Under the pieces are notes generated by a model that saw only the letters and a list, made by a program, of their open reading frames with translations, ran no database searches and had not been told where the DNA came from. A program made the translations under genes and the position numbers. Of a DNA stretch of 64,000 bases, positions 27,688-40,329 are shown piece after piece; within the stretch, counting starts at the first letter, position 1; each line of letters opens with the position of its first letter. The stretch spans positions 74,896,001 to 74,960,000 of the forward strand of contig OX597827.1 in the NCBI GenBank assembly GCA_951406725.2, given 5' to 3'. This DNA is from Octopus vulgaris (taxonomy: Eukaryota).

Positions 27688-28974
27688 GAGTGAAAGAGCA
27701 GTGCATGCCATCAAAGTGACACTGGGGTAAAATATACGAAGCCCAGTATGCCCCTCATGACTACCCGTCTGATAAGGGTACACCAGGCACATGCATTCCA
27801 ACTATATGTGCGCAACATGGTGATCTCATATCAAGATAAACAGCGCATGACCTTGCAGGTGGGGCACAGTTAGAATTTTCTACTGGTCGAGTAACCCATC
27901 CCACTCAAAAGGTATCTGAATAAAGGTTGTTTAAGGATGTTGAACAAAACACCCTTTCTACTTTTGTTAGCCACTCCGCGCTTTCTTTATATCTCGCCGG
28001 CTTCTTCTACAGTCTTCCTCCAAATTCTTTACTTTCTTCCGCATCTCAAATCAGTTCTTAGTGTTGGTGTCCCTCTGTTTCCTCATATAGACACCTTCTA
28101 TTTTATTGGAACAGTCTATGCCGTTCGAAACCTTTGCATTTATCATCATTTTTTTTTTCAATTTGGCTGTTTTTTTTGAGTCAATTCTTCCATCCGTTTC
28201 ATATTCTTCATGTTTTACCCTTTCATTACCGCTCTCTGCTACCGTTGTTTCACTCTCCTTCTGCTAATTTATTATTATGTTTCTCTGAATTTCTTCAATC
28301 TCTACTGCCATAACCCAGTCGTCCCCACATATTACTCTCGTTTAGTCTATCAGTCACAGGGCGGATGCTTCAAAGCCTCCTTTCTTCATCCCATATTCTC
28401 TTCATTTGATTCATGAAGCCTCTTTTATTTGGCTCACTTCTCAGCCAGTATTCGATTACTATTTAGTTTACTTCTTTTTATTTTGCACTTTTGACTGCGA
28501 CTTTGGTCCTGATCAATAGCTTGATGACGATCAGCCAGAACTTGACCAGATACTCCCTGCCTGCCGAGCGCGACATCTTTACCATTTACAGTTCCAGTCC
28601 TGTTAGTGCAGTTGTGGTTATTATTTAAATTTGACATCACTCATTTAGAGGTGCCATTTGTAAGATTGTGCAACCACCAGTATTTTTATTGTGACACCAT
28701 CACTAGGTGAGTTGCCAGTCAAGGCTCCGAGAGTCCACATCAACCCTCGTGTACAGTTTTTAGTGTCATTCTTGTTCATTCCAATGTTTTATATTTTTAT
28801 ATTTGACATTTTCACTCCTGGGAATTTTTGTTAAGGTGGCTAGCTGGTAAAGTCGTTAGCACGTTGGACGAAATGCTTAATAGTATTTCACCCGTCGTTA
28901 CATTCTGATACAAACCCTCTAGAGAAAGTGTCTCGAATGAAAATACTGGTGGTTGTTAAATCACTTTCCTTTGT

Positions 28975-31690
28975 ATGAGAGTAATGGATAAAAGTATTAA
29001 TACAAACAACGGCGTAAATGTGGACGAAACTTCAGGTGACGGGCTCTTGCCTTGTGGGTGAGTAGCACAGGCCCGGTCGTCATTATATGTTTGCCAGGAC
29101 AAAATGGTCTAAGGTGATGAAAATAGCTGCCATAGAATGTTATTTTTTTAGCAGACCTGTTGATGATGAAGGGAAACCTATAAAAGGATACAGAAAGAGA
29201 ATGCGTGGCATTTGGATGGAGATGCTCAACTTAGATATTTCAGAGAGAGTCTACATGACCAAGCAAGGATAATAAGGAAGAAAGAATGGTTAACAGCATT
29301 AGAATTTGATGAGATTAAGAAGACGGGGACGATCAAAAACACTGTGAGTGAAGTTGTATTGTTACAGAAAATGTTGATGAGTTGTATTGAATGAAGTTGC
29401 TCTGGAGAATGGTGCTGACTTAAGTTTTGAGAATATCGAAGGATTGAGCGACGAGGATAGAGTAATGATTGAAGATATCACTAGTATCATTCAGAAAAAT
29501 TTGAACATAGAAGTAAATGAATTCAAGAAATTGGTATAATTTTGCTCAGCGGATTGACTCGGAAGATGAATAAAATACTGAAAGTAACTAAGAAAGATAA
29601 TATAAATGCTACAGGTAGATTGGTTAAAACTAGTATCATCTATATAAGAAGAAAAGTAACCCTCAAACCAAATCGTAAAAGAGGAAATGAGACAAAAGAG
29701 CCTTGGAAGAAAAGAAGGATAATGTAATCAATGAATGAATCACGAAAGCATATCAACACTCTGAAAAGAAAGAAACAAGGTAAATCAAAACGGAGAAATA
29801 TCAAAACTAGAACGTAGGTTTAGTATCACGAAAAAGGGATTGAATGTAGCCCTGCAGATATACAAAAATCAAGGGATCTGACCACAGAATTTTACAACAT
29901 AAAATCAATATATTGTTCCAGCCAGATCAGAAAATGGTTTATCAGCAGATGGAGAGGTTAGCAGCAATGAGAAACCGAACGCTGAAGAAAGTAGGAGTTT
30001 TTAGAGTAACATCTGAGATAATGGAAGAAATCATCAGAAAGATGCTTGAAGGAATTAAGATCCGAGAAAATTTAAATGGAACAGAGCAGTATACGAATAT
30101 CAACTGAAATGTGACCGAGAAGACAACAATGATCTCAAACTGGAAGTGTCCTGGCCCAGATGGGGTTCAAAGGTAATGGCTGGAAAATTTCCCAGAATTA
30201 TACAAAAGAATAGATATGCAAATGGATAAAATGATCAACAACAGGGTATAAATCCCAAAATGCATTACCACAGGGAAAACAGCTTTTTACCAAAGACGAC
30301 TCCAGTAAATGTAATGCAGTGGAAAATTACCGGCCATTCTCCTACTTACTACTGATTTGGAAGTTGATGTCAGGAATGTAACTAACTGTGCGTATGACAT
30401 GCTGAAAATAACTGACAAGCTGCCAGTGGAACAGCAGAGATGCACATAGGCATTGATATGTAGTACCCAGGAACAAACCCTGAGAAATAATTACTCCAAG
30501 GTCCAAATAGACAAGAACAGTGAATCACTCCTTTGTGGGTTTATGGCATCAAAAAAACGAAATAATCTCACATATTGTGAGTGAATTTAGCAAACTGATC
30601 CAAAAGGAATACAAAAAGAGGCACGATAACAGGGCTAAGTTTGTTCACTAGAGATTGCATGAGAAGTATGGTCTTGAAAGAACACAGACAAAGCCTGCTA
30701 AAATATAGTAGGCTACTATAGAACAACACACAGAAAATACTAAAGGCAGTGAATAGAGAGCAGGTGGTCAAATGTGGAAATAGGAGGAAAAGACGAAAAT
30801 GATATTCAAAGAGAGCATTATAAACAGATTGGAAAGAAACCTCTGCATGGTCAGTATTTGAAAGCCACTGAAGATGTACGTGAAACAAAAATCTGGGCTT
30901 CATTAAAAACAAAAGGGCATTTAAAAAAAGAAACAGAGTGCCTTGTTAAAGCAGCTGAAGATAAAGCAATAAAAACAAATAATTTGAAAAAATATGTGTA
31001 TGGGGAGGTGTCAGCAAAATGTAAAGTGTGAGGTATTTCAGATAAAACAATGGTGCACATTGTTGCAGAATATCCCAGGTTGGCTCATACAGAATATACG
31101 AAATGGAGACATGACCAAGTATTGCAAGTTTTTCACTGGGCGCTTCATCAGAAATGGGGATTTGAAGCTCAAAGTACTTGGTATCACCATTGGGTTGAGA
31201 GGGTGCTTGAGTCGGAGAAAGCAAGATTTTATGGGATTTTCCCATTCAAACAGATAAGAAGCTAGGAAATAATAAACCAGATATAACAATAATAGACAAG
31301 GAAAGGCGAAGTTGCTTACTAATTGATCCATCGTGTCCGTTCGATTCCAGGATTGTTAAGAAAGAAGAAAAACATTTTAATATCCAATCCTTTAAAATTT
31401 GAAATTGCGAGAATTTGGAGCATGAAATATGTAAAGGTTGTGCCTGCAATAATTGGTGCATTAGGATCTGGGAGTAAGGATATAGATGAATGGTTGGAAG
31501 AGATTGGAATAGAATGTCCTGAAGAGCTTCCACAGAGAGTGTGCCTTTAGGGGCAGGAAAGATTATCAGAAGGGTTTTCATCACTTGAAAGATTAACGAA
31601 AGCTTGAGGATATATAAAGTTACTGGTAGTAACCCATTACCCACATAAATTCTAGCAAGAATAAGAACGAACCTGAGTCAAATAATATCT
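28975..31690 (+). mobile_element. Degraded R4/Dong-like LINE (paralogs ~50930-53645 and 727-1150)
   Basis: KWS..ECY, KPLHGQY, RHD and IIGALG fragments in many short ORFs; approximate ends. Confidence 0.8.
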
Positions 31691-31972
31691 TTTATTGTTA
31701 GAGGAACAACAAAAGAGTCGATTTCGCAAGGACAAATTAGAAAGCGAAACAAAAAATATACTTGAAAAGAAAATCCTCAAGAGAGTAGGTTGGCGGGGTA
31801 ATTTTCAGTCAAATGAGGAAAAGAATTACACTAGGCCAATCACAGAAGGCCAGATAAATTCTGGCAGGTGAAGTCCTAACATAAAATTCGTCCATAAGTG
31901 ATTTGAACTAAATATATTCACTTTGAAATTACTTCATAATTCCAATGGTATAATCAGTTGTTTCATACTCAC

Positions 31973-32104
31973 ATGCTTGACAGTCTATACCCTGATATCC
32001 AGCAGCACATCCATGAGCACACTGACCATATACTGTGTTGCAACTGTCGTCAATACAATGACAGGTTTTACTACAGTTATCTCCATATGTGCCGCTAGAG
32101 CATG
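31973..32104 (-). CDS. Exon A2 of multi-EGF gene; CSSGTYGDNCSKTCHCIDDSCNTVYGQCAHGCAAGYQGIDCQA
   Basis: 132 bp; polyT-cag acceptor, gtgagt donor; phase 1-1; 8 Cys. Confidence 0.9.
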
Positions 32105-32694
32105 CTGAAAAAAACCCAGAAGAAACACATTTTAACTTACAAATTTATTGTTGCCTTTTAAATATCAGTAACACAATATTACTGGCATCATAGTCGACAC
32201 CAACTGAAGACAGAACCATATTCTCTTGCAAATTTCACAGAGTTTTCCTGAAGCTTCCAGATGGTTTGTTTCATTCACAAGGCTTGAATCAAACCAGGAC
32301 TTTCACAGAAGATATTTGCCAAACTTTTTTTGCATCAAAATCGAACCTTAAACAAGCTAAACTAGCTTCTTAATAAATCAACCAACCCAAAACTTTGTAA
32401 AGTCAAAAACTTTAACCAACAGAAATCTAAAAATGTATAAGACAGACGACTATTTCAAGCAATTAGTTAGATGTCTTCAGGCACTCAATCTTCTGCCATC
32501 TCCCTCCTTAGTATACGCTGTGCGACTCTTGCATTCTTTGTTATCTTCCCTGTTAGCACACGTTCTTCGCCCATGTTAGTATACTATGTAGTCAACGTTG
32601 ATAATACATGTTATTACTTCCCTTGTCATCACAAGTTGTTGTTCCCTGTGATGTACCCCTTGCTGTACCCCTTGTTAGTATACTTTGTTATGTT

Positions 32695-35467
32695 TGTAGT
32701 GATCCTACAACGGCGCGCGATCGCGCACCGACCATTTGTATTTCGCATGTGTTGGTGCCTTTACCAAGGCAGAGAAAGGAAGGGCCCTCTCGCGCATGCG
32801 CGAACCACCGGAAGCACGACCCGCTTGCCTATCGTGGTGGTTAGCGATGCAAGGGGGTCGTAGAACGTTTGACCACTAGCAGCAGCAAGCGGCGACTTGG
32901 GACCCAGCGATTGAAGGCGGCGGTCAGGCATATTTTCTCTCCGTTCGAACTGATTCTAGCAGTCCTTTGGCCGAAGACTTTTAACCAAATTGTTGCCGAC
33001 CACATTCAACTTCCCTGTTCGACGCCATCTTGACCCCTTTCTGGTTTAGCGGCTGGACATTGTAAATATTGCAATCTATTAACTTTCAGCCTTGCGCGCC
33101 CAGAATCAAGGACATCAGATAACACACTTATTGTTATTGTTACCAAGAAAGAGAATAAAGTAGTTATATATATTTCACGTCTGCGTCTTGTTGTTTCTGA
33201 CGGGCAGAGATTCTGGATTATTAAAGCAACGGCTAGTGAGTGATTACCTTCTTGTACCCCGAAAGTACAAGATAAGACTTTCACACTCTCGAAGTTCGTT
33301 AACACTGGTGGACCCCCGACGTGATTCTGGTCTAAAACCAGAGCTCACTTATCAACAACAAAAAAAAATCCAGTTTTTCTGCGAAGTCGGAACACGATTT
33401 AACTCTACGCATTCATCTTTCGACGATTTGTTTCCGTCCTCTCGGACCGTTATAGAAGGAGCCCTTTTTCTTATTCTACAGCCATGATGACGAACGCCAT
33501 CATATATTCGATGCCTTTTCTCCACCTTCGTCATCATCATCGTTGTCTGTCTACTTCACGTCGTCGCTATGTTCGTCGCCATCATCACTAAGAACGATGT
33601 TGTCCCAAGTCCACTACAGTCGCCTTCCACCACCAACGTCGCCTTTCAACACCGTCGACCTCCACCAAGACGTACATAGCAACTCGCGGAAGTTTGGTCC
33701 ACTTGCCGTTTGTGCATTAGCACACCAAGAATTCACAGCCCAGCACTATCTACGAGATTTCTTCTGTTCCAGTTAACCTATCACAGCATCGAAGCCACAA
33801 CCGTTACACGATATGTGTTCAACCGGCATCTGCATTTTGTGATTTCAACATTTCTGTTACGGAATGAACTGCTATTGTGCATCAGGCTATTATAGACTGG
33901 TAAACTAATTCCATTGTCTGGAATAGCCCGAGAGACATTTTTTCTATGCGCTGTTTTTATATTTTGCTCGCATTCACCTTGTATGTATTTCTGTCGCACA
34001 CACGTACACACACATAAATGCTCTCTCTCACATACATACGTCACACATGCTTTTCTCACTTGTTTTTTCCATGCTAAATTTGCCTTTTGTGGACACCCCT
34101 CATTTCTATAGACCCTAGGTCGGTCACGTATACATAGAGAGGGTTGTTTGTCCATTATAACGCGCCAGCATGTCATACCTTTGTTCCTGTACGAACGAGG
34201 CATATAATCGCTCAACCACTGGCATATTCTTGCTGTTTTTTGGTCTGGCAAGCACTATTGCATTTCATGCGCCTTTTGCTTCGCACGTGTATTGCCTTGT
34301 TTTTTGCAACACGTTTGCGTTAGCCTAATTCTTTTCCCGACTCATAGACGTCGGATGTTCAAATGCGCTGCGCCGATTTATAGGCGTAATTATTTTTCCC
34401 TGTTAGACCACTGTTTGGTCACGTAATTAACAGAAAATTATCTGTGTCGCGCATCACACCAGCATGTTTGCACTTTTGCCTTTTGTGTTACTAGCGAGCT
34501 TCTGTCAATTCCATTTCCTCTCCTGCGGCAATTGATTTAACTGCTATTTCGCAGGATCAACTACCTTTAGAGAAGTTGGATTTTAATTTCGTTTAGGTTC
34601 AATAACTGTGAGTTCTGCCTTTTCTTCCGCTCCCTTCAGCGGAAGGTTCTATACTTTGTGACGTATACACTTTCATGCCTGCACTCTTGATTTTTGCTCA
34701 TTGAGTATTTTTTCTCTTTTTCCTTTAGTAAATTTCTTGTGTATGTTATAAATTTTGCCATTATATTATTGTGTGCTATTTGGTTATCTGGTGTCCACCT
34801 TGAGTTTTGCAGTCACTACAATAAGTTTCCTTTCATGCATACGCACTGGAGGGGAGCCTGTAGTGATCCTACAACGGCGCGCGCTCGCGCACCGTCCATT
34901 TGTATTTCACGCGTGTTGGTGCCTTTACCAAGGCAGAGAAAGGAAGGGCCCTCTCGCGCATGTGCGAACCACCGGAAGCACGACCCGCTTGCCTATCGTG
35001 GTGGTTAGCGAGGCAAGGGGGTTGTAGAACGTTTGACCACTAGCAGCAGCAAGCGGCGACTTGGGACCCAGCGATTGAAAGCGGCGGTCAGGCATATTTT
35101 CTCTCCGTTCGAACTGATTCTAGCAGTCCTTTGGCCGAAGACTTTTAACCAAATTGTTGCCGACCACATTCAACTTCCCTGTTCGACGCCATCTTGACCC
35201 CTTTCTGGTTTAGCGGCTGGACATTGTAAATATTGCAATCTATTAACTTTCAGCCTTGCGCGCCCAGAATCAAGGACATCAGATAACACACTTATTGTTA
35301 TTGTTACCAAGAAAGAGAATAAAGTAGTTATATATATTTCACGTCTGCGTCTTGTTGTTTCTGACTGGTAGAGAATCTGGATTATTAAAGCAACGGCTAG
35401 TGAGTGATTGCTTTCTTGTACCCCGAAAGTACAAGACAAGACTTTCACACTCACTAAGCTCGTTACA
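32695..35467 (+). mobile_element. Non-autonomous LTR retroelement (Gypsy-derived), copy-2 specific
   Basis: ~610-bp LTRs 32695-33304 and 34859-35467 (TG..CA); TSD TGTT; tRNA-Trp-like PBS at 33306; PPT GGAGGGGAG at 34848; no intact ORF; empty site at ~2121. Confidence 0.93.
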
Positions 35468-35697
35468 TGTTGTTAGCTTAGGCTGTTGTTTCTCTAGTTT
35501 GTATATCTTGTTGTCTCCCTTGTTTTTATATTTTGTTGAAAAAGCAAGTGCATTGTTAGTACACTGTTCCATGTCACACAGCACTGTCACCCTTGTTGGT
35601 AATCTTTGCTATATCTTGTATTAGCATCTCAGAATACATAACTAAAAAGAACAACAATTGCAATACACAATGACAACAGAAAGCAAACGTTATTAAC

Positions 35698-35832
35698 CTT
35701 CTTTACAAGCGCCTGTCTTGAAACCAGGTGGACATCCATGTGGGCATATTCCAGTGACTCTGTCGCAAACGTCCTTATCTCGACAGTTGCATTCCTCATT
35801 ACAGCCAGTACCATACCTTCCACCAGGACACT
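35698..35832 (-). CDS. Exon B2 of multi-EGF gene; CPGGRYGTGCNEECNCRDKDVCDRVTGICPHGCPPGFKTGACKE
   Basis: 135 bp; ttttcag acceptor, gttaat donor (weak); phase 1-1; 8 Cys. Confidence 0.88.
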
Positions 35833-38800
35833 CTGAAAAGAACAATTTCTTTTAACATCCACCAGATTTGACGTTAAACAGACTCTGTTAAAGTTTAAAA
35901 TATCAGATACACTTTACCGACTACATGAATTAAGAATTAGAAGAGACAAGTTAAAAGCTACCAAAAGAATTATGTGAAGGATTTCCTTACGATGCCATTT
36001 ATCAAATGCTGTTTCTGTTATTGCGGAGTTCAGTTTAAAATCAGATACGATGAGCATATCTATAATAGTTGATCGAAAGAGTAAGTGCAAGTCACAGATC
36101 TATTACACTTGATATACGAAGCCTTCACCACTTGGTGGGCCTTCGCACTAATACATCCTGAATATGAATTATTGTCAGTTGAGACATGTGTTTCTTTTTT
36201 TGCCCAGTCTATTTTTGTATGTTTGTCGGTTCAAGTGATGAACTCCTCGAGGACAAATGTGAAATCCAGAGAGCGTTTAAGGTGGTTCTTGGAGTTGTTT
36301 GGCCCCAAAACAATGACCACCCAGCTTATTTTCAGAGAGTGTATACAGTATCTGAATAGCTAAATTATCTTATGTATTCTTTCTTTGTATACGAGGGTAG
36401 TGTGTGATTTGAGGAAGATTTGGCTACTATTTCTTGCAGGTCAAGATTGTGTGTGTGTGTGTTTCCTTGGACGGATATTCTCGTCAGAATAGTGTTGAAA
36501 TTGTTGTTGCTTCGACCACTGTTAGCCTTGATCAGATATCTAAGGTATTCCGTCATTTGCTGTTGGTTTTAAGTGTAAAATATCTTTTTAAGATGGAGAA
36601 TGCAATTTGAATGGCATTTGGCTGCTATTTTTAACAAATCAATCAATCCTACAAAATTTCTTTCGTGGTCCTTTGGTGTTGTGGCAGTGTTGGACTGTGT
36701 AACAGATATGTTTGAAGGAGTATGAGAGATTGATGTTGCAGTAGTTGTGAAGGCGTTGTGTTTGCTAATGGAGTTATAGAGATTGTAAGGGTTAGATTTT
36801 GCTGTACCAACACAGTTTGTTCTTCGCTAGCTTTGGAGTGATTTCATTTTTAGGGCTAACTTAGAATGAGGAATGAAAGTAACATCTGATAGTGATGCAT
36901 ATCTGTTATTGGAAGTTATGTGCAGTTTAAGATTAAAAGGAATGGGTAGAGTTTGGGTCTTTGTGGTAACTATACGGAATTTCTCTTGTATTTCATGGCT
37001 TAAATATTTTTAAAATCTTTACTCTTATCTAAACATATATTTTGAGTAACTACTATACCAATAGTTGCCCCTGTTAAGTACTACTCAACAAAATCGCATA
37101 TGTCTGCTTATAAACTGTCCGCTCTACAAGTCAGACACTCAGACTTCAGAAATCCGATCCTTTTCTTCCAAAGACTTGGCGGATTAAACTATCTTCTAAT
37201 CTCTGTCATTAACTCTTTGTTGATTAATCCATTATCTCCAATTTGACAGTGAAATTAGGAGAGGTATTTTATTTTTTCGGAAACTGACCTTCTCTGATGT
37301 CCAAATTTACTTTTCTTTACTATATATGAACTTCTCTATTTTACGAATTTTAATAATCTTGTAATAATACCCAAACTGGGCGTTGCAATACCATGATGTA
37401 CCTTGAGGTGTAATTAGATGTGCCATGATAATAATACAATATTTTAAAGCAGAAAAGACAAAATAATGTACTTAATATAAAGTACTTCCTTTATTTACTA
37501 GCATTACATGTAAAAAAAAGTTGATTGAAGAAGAAATAAGGTATGTTTATCTTTAATAAATTCAAACATTGAAATATATTGATAAAAATATCGATATCGC
37601 TTTTCTCATTCATAACTAAATCCATTTACTTAATAAGGAAGTCAGTACCAAATAGATCCCTCTGGTTTAATTTGTTTATATTTCCTAGTTGTACAAGAAA
37701 GTAACTTGAATCAACTACATCGTCGAACAGCCATTTAATCAAGAGCACACAAAACCGTTAAATATCATAAAATTTGACGTGATTTTAAACGTATTGACGC
37801 ACAACTGCGAATTGGTCACTAACTCAGCATTGCAGTGGATCTATGTCAAGAACCATTTTACAGCTGCGTGACGAAAATTTTGATACCTCATGAAGAAAAT
37901 TTAGATTTATAATGAATTTAACAGTGTGTTATTAAATGGCATCACAATATAGTTGATTATCTAATCATTTACATTTACATGCTAAAATATATTAATAGAT
38001 TGTTGTTAAATAAATACATTATTTTACTTTATTTACTTTGAAGTGTACAGCAGATGAAAAGACATAAACTCTACTGATCGGATTCTTAGGACGTTAACTG
38101 TCAAACAATTTACCAATCAACAAACAATAAGTTACATAGATTAGAATCTGGACAACCGGACCACACTGTGTTTCCTTTTTCTACCGACTGAGTCCACCAA
38201 GATGGATTTGAGTACACTGAACTAGGCAAGAATTTTGTAAACTGAATATGGTGTACACAGCCACTACCATAACTTAGAGAAATACAGTTTCGAAGTTAAG
38301 AATACAGATTACTCGTTGATGTATACATCTCATAAAGGTGTGTTAAGTAGCTGTTTCTGTTTCGATTCTGTTTGAAAATTTAATTAAATATAACTAGATT
38401 TAATACATGCACATCATCATTTTAAACTTTGTGGATCCTATCTCCCACTAAGAGCCGATTTTTTCAAGAAGGAAAAAAAATATTGGATTAGTTCTATATT
38501 CTTGACGCCAAAAGGATGAAAGGAAAAATTGACATCAGTGGTATTTGAAATCACTACAAATATTCTTAAGAAATACTGCAAGGTACCCTATTCGATGTTT
38601 TAACACCTCTGCCTCTTCTGCGTCTATTGGCATTCAGTATATTGGGAAAGAAATTTTTTATGTCAGGAATGTAGTGCAATGAAATTACCTGTAAAGTATA
38701 TTACTGACACTAAATTTATCTTGTGGATTTCAACTCAAAGCCTGCAAACAAAAGTGAACTCTGTAATTTTTTTATCTGGTTGTTCTACTTTATCAACCAT

Positions 38801-38870
38801 CGATTTTTGATTGAAATATATGAATATGTTGATTTCTTTTTGTTTCCTTTTGATGAGACATAGAAAAAAG

Positions 38871-40314
38871 GGTTAATATAAAGCGTTACGCCTTTCAGAA
38901 AATCAAAAAAAAATGTGTGTAATAAGTGTAAAACAACTTGCTCTAAACGAATATGATTAAAAAAATGCGCGCTCGCGAAAGCGGGGTTGGGGAGAGGCTT
39001 CGGAAATTTGCCATCTTCAGTCCACGGCCTTTAAACTAAGAAAAAATAGTGTAATTGGTATAAAACTACTTGTTCTAAACGAGTATCAAGAACACACACT
39101 CACTCATGAATCATAAACTCTGTATTTTTGTACATATTTCGCAAAAAAAAAAATAAAGTGAAGAAATTCTGGAAAAAGTGAAGAAATGTTGGATCTCCGC
39201 CATGTGAATCAAAATACGTGTCAGAAACATCTTGAAATACTACAGAAATTATGTTACAAAAATGATAATGTATACATACCTCTTTGAGTGGTCCATCGAC
39301 AGTGTTGATAAAGAAATGAGATGGGTTGCGTTTGGAGGAAAAAATTATTTCGGGCCAGGATAAAGACTTGTATGATAGAGAATGGCACTTTGCAATTCAT
39401 GTGAATTAACATTACAGGATGGGATTCGCCGATTTACTAATGACAGTGAGGCATTAGATTTCTTTCGAAAACATAATATCATTCCCAACACAGTTGACTG
39501 CCCTAGATGCAATTTACCATGTACATTGCGCGAAAATACATACATCTTCCGATGTGGAAGGACTGTTCGCCGTCAAAGGCAAAGGCCAATGCAATGTAGA
39601 TATTCAATATCCCTATACAGCAACACATTTTTGGAGCGGAGTCAGCTACCACCCTGTAAAATCCTGTTATTTGTGAATTACTTCCTTACAGACTGTTGGT
39701 CGCATGTATTAGTCGTTGGAAATTTGAACATTTCGTATCCGACCTCAATTGATTGGCGATCCTTCTGCTCCGAGGTTTGTCAGCATTGGGTAGAGAATTA
39801 CCAGGACCAAATCGGTGGACCAGGAGTTGAAACAGTTATTGTAAGGAGAAAATACAATCGCGGAAGACTCACAAAAACTATCTGGCTTTTCGGTGGGATA
39901 GAGCGAGTAGCCAAAAAGAAATTTTTGGTACCTCTTTCATCTAAGTGCGGTGAAGAGGAAAGGCGAGATGCCGCCACACTGATCCCCTCAATTACCCGAT
40001 ATATACGCCAAGGGTCGGTAGTATATAGCAATTCTTGGGCTGCGTATAACTCTCTTGGAAATCTCGGGTATACCCACTTCCGCATCAACCACAGTAAAAA
40101 CTTTGTTGATCCGACAAACGCGTCGGTGCACACACAGACGATAGAGAGATTGTGGAGGTCAGTGAAGAGATCGGTTGTTCGCCCAGGCATTCATGCCTGT
40201 TACTTAAAACAATACCTCGCGAAGTACCTTTATATGGACAGCATTAAACCTGCTGCCAAGAGAATACACATATTCTTATTGGCAGCAGCAAGTCTGAAAG
40301 GCTTTATATTAACC
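38871..40314 (+). mobile_element. Merlin (IS1595/IS1016-like) DNA transposon, copy-2 specific
   Basis: TIR GGTTAATATAAAGC; 8-bp TSD GAAAAAAG; empty site at 5563-5570. Confidence 0.9.
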
Positions 40315-40329
40315 GAAAAAAGATACTAA
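39382..40329 (+). pseudogene. Merlin/IS1595-type transposase, probably catalytically dead
   Basis: CPRC..C Zn ribbon, RKYNRGR, WLFGGIER, INHSKNFVDP, HTQTIERLW; the VEIDE motif is missing and YSD reads YSN; ORF runs through the right TIR. Confidence 0.82.

Noticed and set aside
39382-40329. Bacterial IS1595 contamination or horizontal transfer
   Set aside because: GG-starting TIRs, an 8-bp TSD and integration in a eukaryotic intron fit the eukaryotic Merlin superfamily
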